Source of the DNA: an uncultured bacterium
GTDB lineage: Bacteria; Planctomycetota; UBA1135; GCA-002686595
Reading direction: 5' to 3'
DNA length: 64,000 nt
Assembly (NCBI GenBank): GCA_943787795.1
Contig: CALSNU010000001.1
Span: forward strand, 608,001 to 672,000
The translations under genes were made by a program, and so were the position numbers. The notes beneath the pieces are model-generated. The model worked only from the letters and a program-made list of their open reading frames with translations, searched no databases and had not been told where the DNA came from. Positions 17,936 through 28,111 of this stretch are shown piece by piece. The number at the start of each line of letters is the position of its first letter. The first letter of the stretch is position 1.

Positions 17936-19360
17936 ATGAACACAGCGCTGCTCTCCTTGGCCCTCGCCCTCTCCATGATTGGCCCGCAGGACGAGGGCGT
18001 CGTGGAGACCCGGTGGCCGGGGGGAGGCCTCCGGGAGCGCTACGAGGTCGACGAGGCGGGGGCGAAGCACGGTGAGTTTGTCCAGTTCCGCGAGGACGGG
18101 AGCGTGGCGGTCACCGCCCGATATCGGGGCGGGAAGCGTCAGGGGCGCTACGCCGAGCTCGGCGAGGAGGGGGAGCTGCTCCTCGAGGCCATGTACGAGC
18201 GCGGGGAGCGCTCCGGCTACTGGCGGACCTACGAGGATGGCGTCCGTACGCTCAGCGCGACCTATCGCAAGGGTGTCCTCGACGGCCGGTGGGAGCGTGA
18301 GGAGGTCGACCGGAGCCACAGGGTCAAGGCGACGTATCGGCGGGGTGTCCTGGACGGACGGTTCACCGAGTCCCGACCGGAGGAGCGCTGGGAGCGGTCC
18401 GCGACCTACAAGAAGGGCGAGCTCGACGGGGCCGCCAAGATCAAGGTGGGCAACAAGGTCGTGAGTCGGCGGAAGTGGGAGCGCGGGTTTCTGGCTCAGC
18501 TGGACGGGCGCACGCCGTACCCGCGCCGGCTCAACGTGCTGACCGAGGAACTCGCGGCGGCTCGAGCGGTCGCCAGCGACGATCCGCAGGACCCCATCTC
18601 CGGGGACCGGCAGCACGCGCTCATGCGGCTCAAGGTGTATCGCGCGCTTTGCGGCTTGCACTGGCGCACGATCACCTTGGACGAGAAGTGGAACGACCTC
18701 TGCGACGCGGCCAGCGAGGTCTGCCAGGCCAACGGTGAGTTGGATCACACGCCCGAGCAGCCGGACGGCTTCGACGAGGGCAGGTACCGGCAGGGGTACG
18801 AGGGGGCGAGCCACAGCAACCTGGCCAATGGGGGGCTCGCCCGATCGGTGGACATGTACATGGACGACTCGGACCCGAGCAATATCGACCGCGTCGGGCA
18901 TCGGCGCTGGTGCCTGAACCCCGCCATGGGCAAGACCGGCTTCGGGGCCGCGGGGAGCTGGGCGGCCATGTGGTCCATGGACGGGAGCGGACCGGGCACC
19001 AAGGACCTCGACGCGGTGCTCTATCCGCCTCCGGGCTACCTGCCCCTGGACCTGTTCGGGCCGCGCCACGCGTGGAGCATTCAGCTGGTGCGGGGCAAGG
19101 CGCCCGCGACCAAGGAGGACATCGAGGTCGAAGTGGTGCGCCTCAATGAGTACTACCAGCCGAGGGGGGAGCCTCTGGAGCTGGACTGGAAGGACATCAA
19201 CCACGGCGGCTACGGCGGCGGTCCGTGCGTGATCTTCCGCCCGGTGGACCTGCAGGTCCGGCCGGGGCTGCGGTACGGCGTCAAGGTCAGCCTCGACGGA
19301 GGCAAGTCCCTCGCGTTCGACTACCTGGTGGAGTTCGTCGAGGCGCCGGGGCGAGACTGA
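17936..19360 (+). CDS. exported protein: MORN-variant/YwqK-like repeats plus CAP (SCP) domain
   Basis: signal peptide, repeated Y..G...G.(W/F) units, HSNLA, VGHRRWCLNP. Confidence 0.75.
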   Translation: MNTALLSLALALSMIGPQDEGVVETRWPGGGLRERYEVDEAGAKHGEFVQFREDGSVAVTARYRGGKRQGRYAELGEEGELLLEAMYERGERSGYWRTYEDGVRTLSATYRKGVLDGRWEREEVDRSHRVKATYRRGVLDGRFTESRPEERWERSATYKKGELDGAAKIKVGNKVVSRRKWERGFLAQLDGRTPYPRRLNVLTEELAAARAVASDDPQDPISGDRQHALMRLKVYRALCGLHWRTITLDEKWNDLCDAASEVCQANGELDHTPEQPDGFDEGRYRQGYEGASHSNLANGGLARSVDMYMDDSDPSNIDRVGHRRWCLNPAMGKTGFGAAGSWAAMWSMDGSGPGTKDLDAVLYPPPGYLPLDLFGPRHAWSIQLVRGKAPATKEDIEVEVVRLNEYYQPRGEPLELDWKDINHGGYGGGPCVIFRPVDLQVRPGLRYGVKVSLDGGKSLAFDYLVEFVEAPGRD

Positions 19361-19370
19361 GCTCGTCCTG

Positions 19371-19592
19371 TCAGTCCTCTCGCTCGTCGACCCAGGCCAT
19401 CTGGATCGCCTCGAGAAGGCCCTCGTTGGAGGCTGCAGGATCGCCCACGAAACCCTCCAGTTCGGTCACCCAGCGATGGAGGTCGGTGAACCGGACCGAC
19501 AGGGGGTCGAGGTCCGGGAATCGCTCCGCCAGCCGGAAGCCGATCTCGAACGGATCGGACCAGTCGATGGTGTCGGCCGGGTCCACGCTCAC
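19371..19592 (-). CDS. iscX: Fe-S cluster assembly protein IscX
   Basis: W.D..EI...L.E.FPD.DP..VRFTDL..W, NE..LEAIQ.AW; GTG start overlaps the hscA stop. Confidence 0.92.
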   Translation of the reverse strand: MSVDPADTIDWSDPFEIGFRLAERFPDLDPLSVRFTDLHRWVTELEGFVGDPAASNEGLLEAIQMAWVDERED

Positions 19593-21460
19593 AGGTCCCC
19601 GAGCTTCTTCCCCGAGACGGCCTCCTTCACGACGCTGTCCATCAGGACGGCCGCCAGGGGCATGGTCGCGCGATCGAGGGTGTCGCGCGCGATCTGGACG
19701 AGGTCGAGTTCGGCGCACAGCCGGGCCTCTTTGGCCGATGCGATGGCCTCGCGGAGATCCTCCATGGACTCGCGATCAAGTCTATCTTCGGCCACGGCGA
19801 GGTTGGCCGTGGCGTGGCGCAGCATGATCCCGATCTCCGCGATCAGGTCGACGCGCCGGCGCTCTTCGAAGTCCTTCTTCGCGTTCTTGAAGGAGGCCTC
19901 CAGCATGGCCGAGACCTCGTCCTCGGTCAGGCCGTGGGACGGCTTCACCTCGATGGATGCGCTGGCGCCCGTGCTCTCTTCCTTCGCGGAGACCGTGAGG
20001 ATCCCGTCGGCGTCCAGGTGGAACTTCACGCCGACGCGGGGCAGGCCCGCGGGCATGGGGGGGATCCCGGTGAGCTTGAAGCGACCGAGGGAGCGGCAGT
20101 CGGCGGCGAGCTCTCGTTCGCCCTGCAGCACGTGGAAGTCGATGGCGCTCTGGTTGTCCGCGTAGGTGGTGAAGCCCTCCTTGACCGAGCAGGGAATGCG
20201 GCTGTTGCGCTGGATCAACTTCTCCGCGGCACCGCCCATGGTCTCGAGTCCGAGCGAGAGCGGCGTGACGTCCATGAGGAGGATGTCCCGGCTCCCTCCC
20301 ATGAGCACCTCCGCCTGGGCCGCAGCGCCGAGGGCGACGACCTGGTCGGGGTTGAGCTCGGTGTGCGGCGCCCGGCCGAAGAACCGCTCGACCTCCGCGC
20401 GCACCAGGGGGACCCGGGTCGAGCCGCCGACCAGGACGACCTCGTCGACGTCTCCAGGCTCGAGGCCCGCGTCCTTGAGGGCCCGCTCGCAGCAGCGGAG
20501 GCTGCGCTCGACGAACGGCGCCGAGAGTGCTTCGAACTCCTCGCGCGTCACGGTCCGTCGCGCGTTGACGCCAAGCTCAGGGATCGAGATGACGAGGTCC
20601 GCCGCGGGGTCCTTCGAGAGCGCGATCTTGGCCTTCTCGGCCGCGAGGCGTGCGGCCTGGCGGAAGGCGGGCTCCTCGAACACGGCATCGTCGACTGCAC
20701 CCTCCAGCTCTCCGCGCAGGAGATCGACCAGCGCGGCGTCCAGGTCGTCGCCGCCCAGGCTCGTATCTCCGTTCGTGGAGAGGACCTGGAAGACCCCCTC
20801 TTCGATGCTGAGGATGGAGACGTCGAAGGTCCCGCCCCCGAGGTCGTACACCGCGACGGTGCCCTCCTCCTTCTGATCGAGGCCGTAGGCGAGGGAGGCT
20901 GCTGTGGGCTCGTTGACGATGCGGAGCACCTCCAGGCCGGCCAGGCGGGCAGCGTCACGCGTCGCCTGACGCTGGGCGTCATCGAAGTACGCGGGGACGG
21001 TGATGACGGCGCTGAGGACCTCTGCGCCGCCCATGGCGACGCTCGCCTGGGCGGCGACCTCCCGGAGGATCAGGGCCGAGATCTCCTGGGGCGTGAAGCG
21101 CTTGCCGCCGACCTCGACCTGGACCAGACCGCGCTCGGTCTGGGAGACCTTGTAGGGGAGGCGCCGCAGGACGGACTCATCGAGCTCTCCAAGCGAGCGG
21201 CCCATGAAGCGCTTGATGCTGTGGACGGTGTGAGCGGGGTCGTCCATGGACCGAGCTCGCGCCGTCCTCCCGACGACCGCGGTGCCGTTGTCGGAGACGT
21301 GGACCACGGAGGGGATGAGCGCTGCCTCTCCCTCCACCTCAAGGACCTCGGGCCGACCGTCCTTCCAGATCGCGGGAAGTGAGTTGGTCGTGCCAAGGTC
21401 GATGCCGATGACGACGCGCTTGGGCTGGTCTTCCAGCACCTCGAGTTCGATGTATCCCAC
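19589..21460 (-). CDS. hscA: Fe-S protein assembly chaperone HscA (Hsp70 family)
   Basis: [39 protein letters not shown]; isc context; start moved to GTG 21460. Confidence 0.92.
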   Translation of the reverse strand: MGYIELEVLEDQPKRVVIGIDLGTTNSLPAIWKDGRPEVLEVEGEAALIPSVVHVSDNGTAVVGRTARARSMDDPAHTVHSIKRFMGRSLGELDESVLRRLPYKVSQTERGLVQVEVGGKRFTPQEISALILREVAAQASVAMGGAEVLSAVITVPAYFDDAQRQATRDAARLAGLEVLRIVNEPTAASLAYGLDQKEEGTVAVYDLGGGTFDVSILSIEEGVFQVLSTNGDTSLGGDDLDAALVDLLRGELEGAVDDAVFEEPAFRQAARLAAEKAKIALSKDPAADLVISIPELGVNARRTVTREEFEALSAPFVERSLRCCERALKDAGLEPGDVDEVVLVGGSTRVPLVRAEVERFFGRAPHTELNPDQVVALGAAAQAEVLMGGSRDILLMDVTPLSLGLETMGGAAEKLIQRNSRIPCSVKEGFTTYADNQSAIDFHVLQGERELAADCRSLGRFKLTGIPPMPAGLPRVGVKFHLDADGILTVSAKEESTGASASIEVKPSHGLTEDEVSAMLEASFKNAKKDFEERRRVDLIAEIGIMLRHATANLAVAEDRLDRESMEDLREAIASAKEARLCAELDLVQIARDTLDRATMPLAAVLMDSVVKEAVSGKKLGDL

Positions 21461-21480
21461 GGTTGGATGGAGCGGGGCGT

Positions 21481-22086
21481 TCAGGATGGGCCGGCGCTCG
21501 CCGCGATGCGCCCGAGGGCGCGATCGACGTAGCGTCGGGCGTTCAGGCTCTGGCGGATCCCGGTGAGGGACTCGGCGCCAGGCTGGGGGAGGGGGGTCAG
21601 GGCCGCGCCGATCTCGGTGGAGATCCGGTCGCGGTGTTCGGTGAGGTCGCGCTCGAGTTCGAGCCACCCCGTGGAGCCAGGAGAGGCCTCCTCGAGGGTC
21701 TCGTTCCACTCCATGACCTCCATGAGGAAGGCCTGTGGCATGGAGCCGAGCTCCTTCTCGGTGGGCCCACCGAGGCTCTCCACGAGCCGCTCTGCTCGGC
21801 GGACTTCGTCCGCGAGGACCCCGTAGGCCGCGTTGAGCAGCGCGTTATTGCGCTCGGCTTTCGCGAGTGCCTGCTCGCCCTCCAGGGCGAAGAAGTCAGG
21901 GTGCACCAGGCGAGTGAATCTCCGCAGGCGGACCTTCAGCTCCTTGAGATCGACGTCGAACCCGGGCTCGAGGCCGAAGACCGCGAACGGGCAGGCGGCA
22001 TCGTCCGTGAGCATCAAGACCCCGCAGGCGCCACAGGCGAGCGAGGTCTCGAGCCCGGCACCGCAGCTCGGGCAGGTGGCGTCCAT
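21481..22086 (-). CDS. hscB: co-chaperone HscB with N-terminal tetracysteine motif
   Basis: CPSC...CGAC, J-domain [11 protein letters not shown]; between iscA and hscA. Confidence 0.88.
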   Translation of the reverse strand: MDATCPSCGAGLETSLACGACGVLMLTDDAACPFAVFGLEPGFDVDLKELKVRLRRFTRLVHPDFFALEGEQALAKAERNNALLNAAYGVLADEVRRAERLVESLGGPTEKELGSMPQAFLMEVMEWNETLEEASPGSTGWLELERDLTEHRDRISTEIGAALTPLPQPGAESLTGIRQSLNARRYVDRALGRIAASAGPS

Positions 22087-22087
22087 T

Positions 22088-22417
22088 TCAGACGCTGAAC
22101 GACTCGCCGCAGCCGCAGCTCTTCGAAGCGTTGGGGTTGGTGAACTTGAAGCCGCGACCCATCAGGCTCTCCTCGAAGTCCACCACGGTCCCGTTCAGGT
22201 AGAGGAAGCTCTTGGGGTCGCAAACCACCCGGATGCCGTCCTCTTCCTTGATCTGGTCGGTGGCGCGGATCTCGTCGTCGAAGCCGAGGGTGTAGGAGAA
22301 GCCCGAGCAGCCGCCGCCCTTGACGCCGACGCGCAGCGCGGTGCCGTCCGGCATGTTCTGGTCATCGAGGATCCTCGTGACCTCGCTCTTCGCTCGCTCT
22401 GTGATTCCAATTGCCAT
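22088..22417 (-). CDS. iscA: A-type Fe-S carrier IscA
   Basis: GGGCSGFSY, CGCGESF; true start at ATG 22417. Confidence 0.95.
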   Translation of the reverse strand: MAIGITERAKSEVTRILDDQNMPDGTALRVGVKGGGCSGFSYTLGFDDEIRATDQIKEEDGIRVVCDPKSFLYLNGTVVDFEESLMGRGFKFTNPNASKSCGCGESFSV

Positions 22418-22440
22418 GGGATGATCTCCGGGAAGGGCGC

Positions 22441-22833
22441 TCAGGCGCTCTCTTCGCCGTCCTGCTTCTGCTTGAAGTCCGCGACGGCTGCCTTGATCGC
22501 GTCCTCGGCGAGGACGGAGCAGTGAATCTTCACCGGGGGAAGCGAGAGCTCCTCGACGATCTCCGTGTTGGAGATGGCCATGGCTTCGTCGACCTTCTTG
22601 CCCTTGATCCACTCGGTGGCGAGGGAGGAGGAGGCGATCGCAGAGCCGCACCCGAAGGTCTTGAACTTGGCGTCGACGATCGTGTCGCCCTCGACCTGGA
22701 TCTGGAGCTTCATCACGTCGCCGCATTCGGGGGCGCCGACGATGCCGGTGCCGACCTCGGTCGAGTTCTTGTCGAGGGAGCCGACGTTCCGGGGGTTGTC
22801 GTAATGGTCGAGGACCTTGTCGCTGTATGCCAT
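22441..22833 (-). CDS. iscU: Fe-S scaffold IscU
   Basis: GAPECGD, FGCGSA, LPPVKIHC. Confidence 0.97.
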   Translation of the reverse strand: MAYSDKVLDHYDNPRNVGSLDKNSTEVGTGIVGAPECGDVMKLQIQVEGDTIVDAKFKTFGCGSAIASSSLATEWIKGKKVDEAMAISNTEIVEELSLPPVKIHCSVLAEDAIKAAVADFKQKQDGEESA

Positions 22834-22883
22834 CTGACTGAGTGGAGTTGGTGTGCTTTGGTGTGTATGGAGGGGGGAGCGGC

Positions 22884-24098
22884 CTAGTGACCGGTCCAGG
22901 CAATGGTGGAGAGGTCGATCCCCTCCTGCACCATCTCGTAGAGGGGGGAGAGTTCCCGGAGCTTCTTCACCGCGGTGATGACCTGCTCGGCGGCGAAGTC
23001 GATCTCCTCAGGGCTCGTGAGTCGACCGAAGCCGAACCGGATAGAGCTGTGGGCCAGCTCGTCGCCGACGCCCATGGCCTGCAGCACGTGGCTCGGCTCG
23101 AGGCTTGCGGAGGTGCAGGCAGAGCCGGAGGAGACGGCCAGGTCTTTGAACCCCATGATCAGCGACTCACCCTCGACATAAGCGAAGGAGAGGTTGGAGC
23201 AGCCCGGAAGGCGCGAGTTGGCGTCGCCATTGATGGCCACGTGGTCGAGCGCCGCGAAGATCTTCTCCTCGAAGCGCTCGCGCATGGCGATGGAGTGGGC
23301 CATGTCCTTCTCCAGGTCCTGCTCCGCTACGGCGCAGGCTGCGCCGAGGCCGGCGATTCCGGGGACGTTCAGGGTGCCGGAGCGCATGCCGCGCTCGTGG
23401 CCGCCACCGTCCATCTGCGCCACGAGGCGGACCCGCGGCTTGCGGCGGCGCACATAGAGCGCTCCGACTCCCTTCGGCCCGTAGAGCTTGTGCCCGGAGA
23501 AGCAGAGCAGGTCGATGTTGTCCTCCTCCACGTCCACGGGGATCTTGCCGACCGTCTGGGTGCCGTCCGTGAAGAAGAGCACGCCACGCTCGCGGCAAAC
23601 CGCTCCGATCTCACGGATGGGGTTGATGGTCCCGACCTCGTTGTTGGCCCACATGATGGTCACGAGGATCGTGTCTTCCCGGATCGCATCGGCGACCTGC
23701 TGGGCCGTCACGGCACCGTTGTCGTCGGGCACGAGGTAGGTGACCTCGAACCCCTCCTTCTCCATGTGCTTTGCCGTGTCGAGGACCGCCTTGTGTTCGG
23801 CGAGGCAGGTGACGATGTGCTTGCCCTTGGACCCGTACATCTCCCCGACGCCCTTCATGGCGAGGTTGATGGCCTCCGTGGATCCAGAGGTGAACACCAC
23901 CTCCTTGGAGGAGGCGCCAAGGATGGACGCGATCTGCTCGCGCGCCGTGTCCACCGCCTCCTCGGCCTTCCAGCCGAACGCGTGGCTGCGGCTCGCGGCG
24001 TTGCCGAAGGCGCTCGTGAAGTACGGGAGCATCGCGTCCAGGACGCGCTGGTCGACCGGGGTGGTCGCCTGATAATCGAAGTAGATGGGAAGGTTCAT
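22884..24098 (-). CDS. iscS: cysteine desulfurase IscS
   Basis: [31 protein letters not shown]. Confidence 0.97.
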   Translation of the reverse strand: MNLPIYFDYQATTPVDQRVLDAMLPYFTSAFGNAASRSHAFGWKAEEAVDTAREQIASILGASSKEVVFTSGSTEAINLAMKGVGEMYGSKGKHIVTCLAEHKAVLDTAKHMEKEGFEVTYLVPDDNGAVTAQQVADAIREDTILVTIMWANNEVGTINPIREIGAVCRERGVLFFTDGTQTVGKIPVDVEEDNIDLLCFSGHKLYGPKGVGALYVRRRKPRVRLVAQMDGGGHERGMRSGTLNVPGIAGLGAACAVAEQDLEKDMAHSIAMRERFEEKIFAALDHVAINGDANSRLPGCSNLSFAYVEGESLIMGFKDLAVSSGSACTSASLEPSHVLQAMGVGDELAHSSIRFGFGRLTSPEEIDFAAEQVITAVKKLRELSPLYEMVQEGIDLSTIAWTGH

Positions 24099-24166
24099 CG
24101 TTCTGTGTTGGATGCCGCTCCGGTTGACGTGGGTCCGGTCATGGCAGTGTGTATTCGCGTGGGGGG

Positions 24167-24643
24167 TCAGCCGGTTGCGGAAAACAGGCCAGTGGGGTCA
24201 GCAGAGCGGTCGGCCAGGGCCTGAAGGGTCACGCCCTCGAAGAGCGTCCAGATCCCCGTGCGAAGACGGGCGAGGGGGGAGCGGATGGGGCACACGGGTT
24301 CGACCTCACAGCCGCCGTCCGCGCTGGCCGCGCCCAACCCTGCGCAGCTCGTGAGCGTCGGGGGCCCCTCGAGCGCGGAGACGATCTCCCCGAGGGAGAT
24401 CTGATCCGCTGATCGCGAGAGCCGGTAGCCGCCTCGGACACCCCGCGTCGACTCGAGGATGCCGCCCTGTTGAAGGTGCTTCAGCGCCTCAGCGAGCATC
24501 CGCTTGGGCACCGGGAAGATGTCGCCGATGGCGCGCGCGCTGATGACCTCAGCCTCCGCTTCCGCGGGGCGGGCCGCCGCCAGCTCGGCCATGTGGACGA
24601 GGGCGATCAGGCCATATTCGGTTCTCTTTGTGAGGCGCAGCAT
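24167..24643 (-). CDS. Rrf2-family regulator of the isc operon
   Basis: STRGVRGGY wing, three C-terminal Cys, first gene of the isc cluster. Confidence 0.88.
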   Translation of the reverse strand: MLRLTKRTEYGLIALVHMAELAAARPAEAEAEVISARAIGDIFPVPKRMLAEALKHLQQGGILESTRGVRGGYRLSRSADQISLGEIVSALEGPPTLTSCAGLGAASADGGCEVEPVCPIRSPLARLRTGIWTLFEGVTLQALADRSADPTGLFSATG

Positions 24644-24664
24644 CAGGGGGGCGATGTTTAATCG

Positions 24665-24679
24665 GCACTAGTTTAGTGC
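24665..24679. promoter_or_regulatory. palindrome GCACTA-N3-TAGTGC, candidate Rrf2 operator
   Basis: perfect 6-bp arms in an AT-rich patch 22-36 nt upstream of the Rrf2 ATG. Confidence 0.55.
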
Positions 24680-24837
24680 TCTTTTCGGCGGGGGCAACCG
24701 GGCGATGCTGAAAATAGCACCAAAAGGGGGCCAGAACGCGACGGGTGGTCCGCGGACCGCTTCAGTTCGAGGCGCGTCGGGACGGACTCGGATGGGGCCT
24801 CAAGCCCCTCGCGGGGACGCTCGATGACTCTCCTGCC

Positions 24838-25134
24838 ATGGAGAATCCGGAGACGAGGTGTATCGAGTGTGGGGGAGCGGTTCATTCGCTGAACGAGGAC
24901 GAGGCCGGAGCCCCTTGCGTGGCCTGCGCTGAGCGGCTCCTGGAGACGCTGCCGGGCATCTTCCACAGCCCTTGGGTGACCGCCCGAGAGATGCAGCAAC
25001 TCAACGCGGTGCCTGATGCCTCCACCGAGGGAGAGGTGCTGGGAGAGGCTGCGGGCGGCTCTGAGGAGGCCGAGGGCGCGGAGTGGTGGCAGGCAAAGGA
25101 CGACATCGTCCTCGGCCCCGATCAACCCGCCTGA
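24838..25134 (+). CDS. small acidic hypothetical protein with two CxxC motifs
   Basis: CIEC...CVAC; start moved to ATG 24838. Confidence 0.55.
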   Translation: MENPETRCIECGGAVHSLNEDEAGAPCVACAERLLETLPGIFHSPWVTAREMQQLNAVPDASTEGEVLGEAAGGSEEAEGAEWWQAKDDIVLGPDQPA

Positions 25135-25381
25135 AGCGCTTCTGGAGCCGTGCCAGCGGCAGCCGAGGTCACGAGGCAGCGAGGGTTCAGAGGGGGCTCG
25201 CAGGAGACCGCGGTTGGAGCGGCGCGCGTTGGCGGCACGCTCTAGAGCTGTGCGGGGAGGTCCCCCTGGCGCGTCGGCTAGGACAGGCGTGCGTGGCAGG
25301 ATGAGCGGTTGACGGGGACTCCGCCGTGACCTCCCTTGCTTCGTTGCCACCAGCTCCAGCATCCTGGGGCGTCTTCAAGCC

Positions 25382-25897
25382 ATGTCCGCGACGCTCCTCT
25401 GTCAGATCTTCCTGCCCATCTTCGGCCTCCTGGGACCGCTGCTGATCCTGGTCGGCCTCCCGGGGACCTGGCTCCTGCTGTTCTTCGCAGGCGTCGCCGA
25501 GTGGATCACCGAGCCTCGCCTCTTCGGGACCCCGGTGCTCGTCGCCGCGGTGGCCCTCGCCGTCGCGGGAGAGATCTGGGAGGCGCTGTCCTCCTCCCTT
25601 CGAGCTCGCCGTGCCGGCGCTGGTCGCAGGGGCTCGATCGGTGCCCTCGCGGGAGGGATTGGCGGCGCGCTGCTGGGCACCATGCTGATCCCCATCCCAG
25701 TGGTCGGGACCCTCGTCGGGGGCGGAGTCGGGGCCTTCGCACTGTCATCTGGGCTGGAGCGGAGCGGCGGCAAGTCCGCCGACAGCGCCTTTCGCATCGG
25801 ACGAGCCGCCGCCGCAGGCCACATGATCGGGCTCGCAGGCAAGCTCGTGGCCGGTGTGGTCATTTACGGCCTGCTCGTGACCGCGCTCTTCGTGTGA
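25382..25897 (+). CDS. DUF456-family membrane protein
   Basis: GLPGTW, GA.R.GS.GA..GG..G, IP.VG, G...G...K. Confidence 0.8.
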   Translation: MSATLLCQIFLPIFGLLGPLLILVGLPGTWLLLFFAGVAEWITEPRLFGTPVLVAAVALAVAGEIWEALSSSLRARRAGAGRRGSIGALAGGIGGALLGTMLIPIPVVGTLVGGGVGAFALSSGLERSGGKSADSAFRIGRAAAAGHMIGLAGKLVAGVVIYGLLVTALFV

Positions 25898-25925
25898 GCG
25901 TGACCGGAGGTGCTACCTTGGCGCG

Positions 25926-28082
25926 ATGCGTCGACCCCTCCTCCTGATTGGACTCCTCGCTCTCTCCGCCGCAGCAGCGATCCAGGGAGACGAGTACCGG
26001 ACCGATCCGGTCGAAGCCCTCATCGCGACCACGCTCGCCGACCCGGAGGAGCGAGTTGACCGGCGAGCGGCGGCACTCGGATCGGCGGGAGCGGTCTCCG
26101 TGGAGTCCGGAGAGGACGGCGACGACCTCGTCCTGAAGGTCCCTTCGGTCCCCGCTATCGAGTTCGAGGTGCGCGGACCCGCGGATCACATCGGCGCGGT
26201 GAGCGCTGCCCGCGCGGCGGATGGTCGGTGGCTGGTGGCGTGGGACGAGTACCGCGGCGCCGTGGAGGAGGGAGCCTCCTTCGACGTGCTCGCCTGCTGG
26301 GTCGAGGTCGAGCCCGCCCCCGGGCCTGTGGGGGAGCCCTTTGTTGTCGCCGGAGGCCCCCGCTTTCAGGCTCGCCCGTCGCTCGCGACGGATGGCGAAG
26401 GGGCGGTCTGGATCGCCTGGGAGGAGGGGCCTCGTCACTGGGGCGGCGAGTACCGTTCGGTCGACACGCTCTGGAATAACGTCACCGATGATCTCGGACC
26501 GCTCCACACCTGGCGGACGAGTCACCTGGCCAAGGTCTTGGGCGACGGGAGCGTGGCCGAGGTGGAGGGCGGGGTTCCCATGCCCTCATTCGAGGCGGCC
26601 CTCGCCGCGCCGGAGCGCCGGGAGGGCGCCCGTCGGATCGGCGTGTTCTACGAGCGCCCCGAGATCGGGATGGATCACCGCGGCGGGCTCTGGCTCGCCT
26701 ACCGCCATGTGCACCAGGTCCAGCTCTCCAGCAAGGGCAAGACGCGCTCCCACGTCGAATATGGCTTCGCGGTCGACCTCCTGCGGCTGACGGGTCAGGG
26801 GTGGTCGGAGCCGGTCCGTCTTGACCAGCGTCAGCGTGACGGCGATCAACCCGTCCGCTTCACGAGGGACGGTCAGCAGACGCTGGTGGAATACACGATC
26901 GGGCGCAGCGATCGTCGTCGCGATCCGCAGGCCAAGGGGACCGTGCGCGCGGTCCTACCGGTCCCCGACGACGCTGCGGTCCCCCTGGGTGAGGTCCCGG
27001 TCTCGATCGCCCCGCCGACCCCGGCGGTCGCGCTCGCACCGCGCGACGTGGTTCGCGCCCGCCCGACGACCGTCGTGGGGGACCAGGGCTACGCGCTCTT
27101 CGCCGGGGACCTCCACCGACACACGGACCTGTCGCTCTGCTTCCCTTTCTATGACGGATCCCTGGACGACGCGTATCGCTACGCGCGCGGGCCCGGAGCC
27201 CTGGACTTCGTGGCGATCACGGACCACGCGAGGGACCTGGACCAGGGGAACGTGAACGGGCTGCCCTGGAAGCTGAGCGTCGCCGAGGCGGACCGACATC
27301 ACCTCCCGGGCCGCTTTGTGGCCTTTCACGCCTATGAACGGAGCCAGGGTGACACGGACCACAACGTGATCTCCCTCCGGCCTGACGTCTTGCGGCCTCA
27401 CCGCCCGCCGCTGCGGGAGTTCTGGGCGGAGTTTGACCCGGCTGAGGTCATGACCATCCCCCACGCCACCGCGGCGGTGGCGGGGCGCCGCTTCTGCGGC
27501 AACGTCTGGACGAAGCGGGATGACCAGCGCCGGCCGCTCGCCGAGGTCTACCAGGCTTTCCGTGACGTGGACTCCATGAAGGAGCTTCAGGTGCGAGCCC
27601 TCTCCGGCGGCCAGCGGTTCGGCTTCATCGCGAGCTCGGATCACCTCTCCACCTCTGGCGCCTACGCCTTCGTCTGGGTCCCCACGGAGGGGACCGCAGA
27701 GTCGTCGCTGGACCGGGAGCCGATCTTCGAGGCGTTCCGCGCGCGCCGCACCTATGGCGCCACCGCTCGTATCGAGCTGGAGGTTCGCTCAGGGGATCAG
27801 TGGATGGGGGAGGATCTCGCGGGGAGCGGCCCGTTTCCGATTCGGGTCCGGGCGCGCGGCTCGGCGAGCATCGCCCGGGTCGAGTTCTGGGATACGGGCT
27901 CCCTGGCTCACGTGATCGAGGCGGGGGGCGAGGCCTCCCTCGACCAGACCTGGTCCTGGAGGGGAGCTGCACCGGACGAGCACGGGTGGCTCATCGTCCG
28001 GCTCATCCAAGTGGACGGGCAGACGGCCTGGGCCTCCCCCTTCTTCTGTCGCTGGGAGAGGGCGGGCGACGCCCAGGACTGA
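25926..28082 (+). CDS. exported PHP-like metallohydrolase (DUF3604-like C-terminal region)
   Basis: signal peptide, GDLHRHT, ITDH, TIPH, SSDH, RRTYGAT, AWASP. Confidence 0.7.
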   Translation: MRRPLLLIGLLALSAAAAIQGDEYRTDPVEALIATTLADPEERVDRRAAALGSAGAVSVESGEDGDDLVLKVPSVPAIEFEVRGPADHIGAVSAARAADGRWLVAWDEYRGAVEEGASFDVLACWVEVEPAPGPVGEPFVVAGGPRFQARPSLATDGEGAVWIAWEEGPRHWGGEYRSVDTLWNNVTDDLGPLHTWRTSHLAKVLGDGSVAEVEGGVPMPSFEAALAAPERREGARRIGVFYERPEIGMDHRGGLWLAYRHVHQVQLSSKGKTRSHVEYGFAVDLLRLTGQGWSEPVRLDQRQRDGDQPVRFTRDGQQTLVEYTIGRSDRRRDPQAKGTVRAVLPVPDDAAVPLGEVPVSIAPPTPAVALAPRDVVRARPTTVVGDQGYALFAGDLHRHTDLSLCFPFYDGSLDDAYRYARGPGALDFVAITDHARDLDQGNVNGLPWKLSVAEADRHHLPGRFVAFHAYERSQGDTDHNVISLRPDVLRPHRPPLREFWAEFDPAEVMTIPHATAAVAGRRFCGNVWTKRDDQRRPLAEVYQAFRDVDSMKELQVRALSGGQRFGFIASSDHLSTSGAYAFVWVPTEGTAESSLDREPIFEAFRARRTYGATARIELEVRSGDQWMGEDLAGSGPFPIRVRARGSASIARVEFWDTGSLAHVIEAGGEASLDQTWSWRGAAPDEHGWLIVRLIQVDGQTAWASPFFCRWERAGDAQD

Positions 28083-28111
28083 GCGTGGGGGGCGAGGCCT
28101 GCCGGGCGGGC

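Noticed and set aside
21461..21709. N-terminal extensions given by the ORF track for hscA (also iscA, iscX, kdsB, ybaK and the TPR protein)
   Set aside because: They overlap neighbouring genes and precede the conserved N-termini; starts were moved downstream.
25138..25250. Imperfect inverted repeat downstream of the CxxC gene
   Set aside because: Requires several bulges and is plausible by chance at this GC content.
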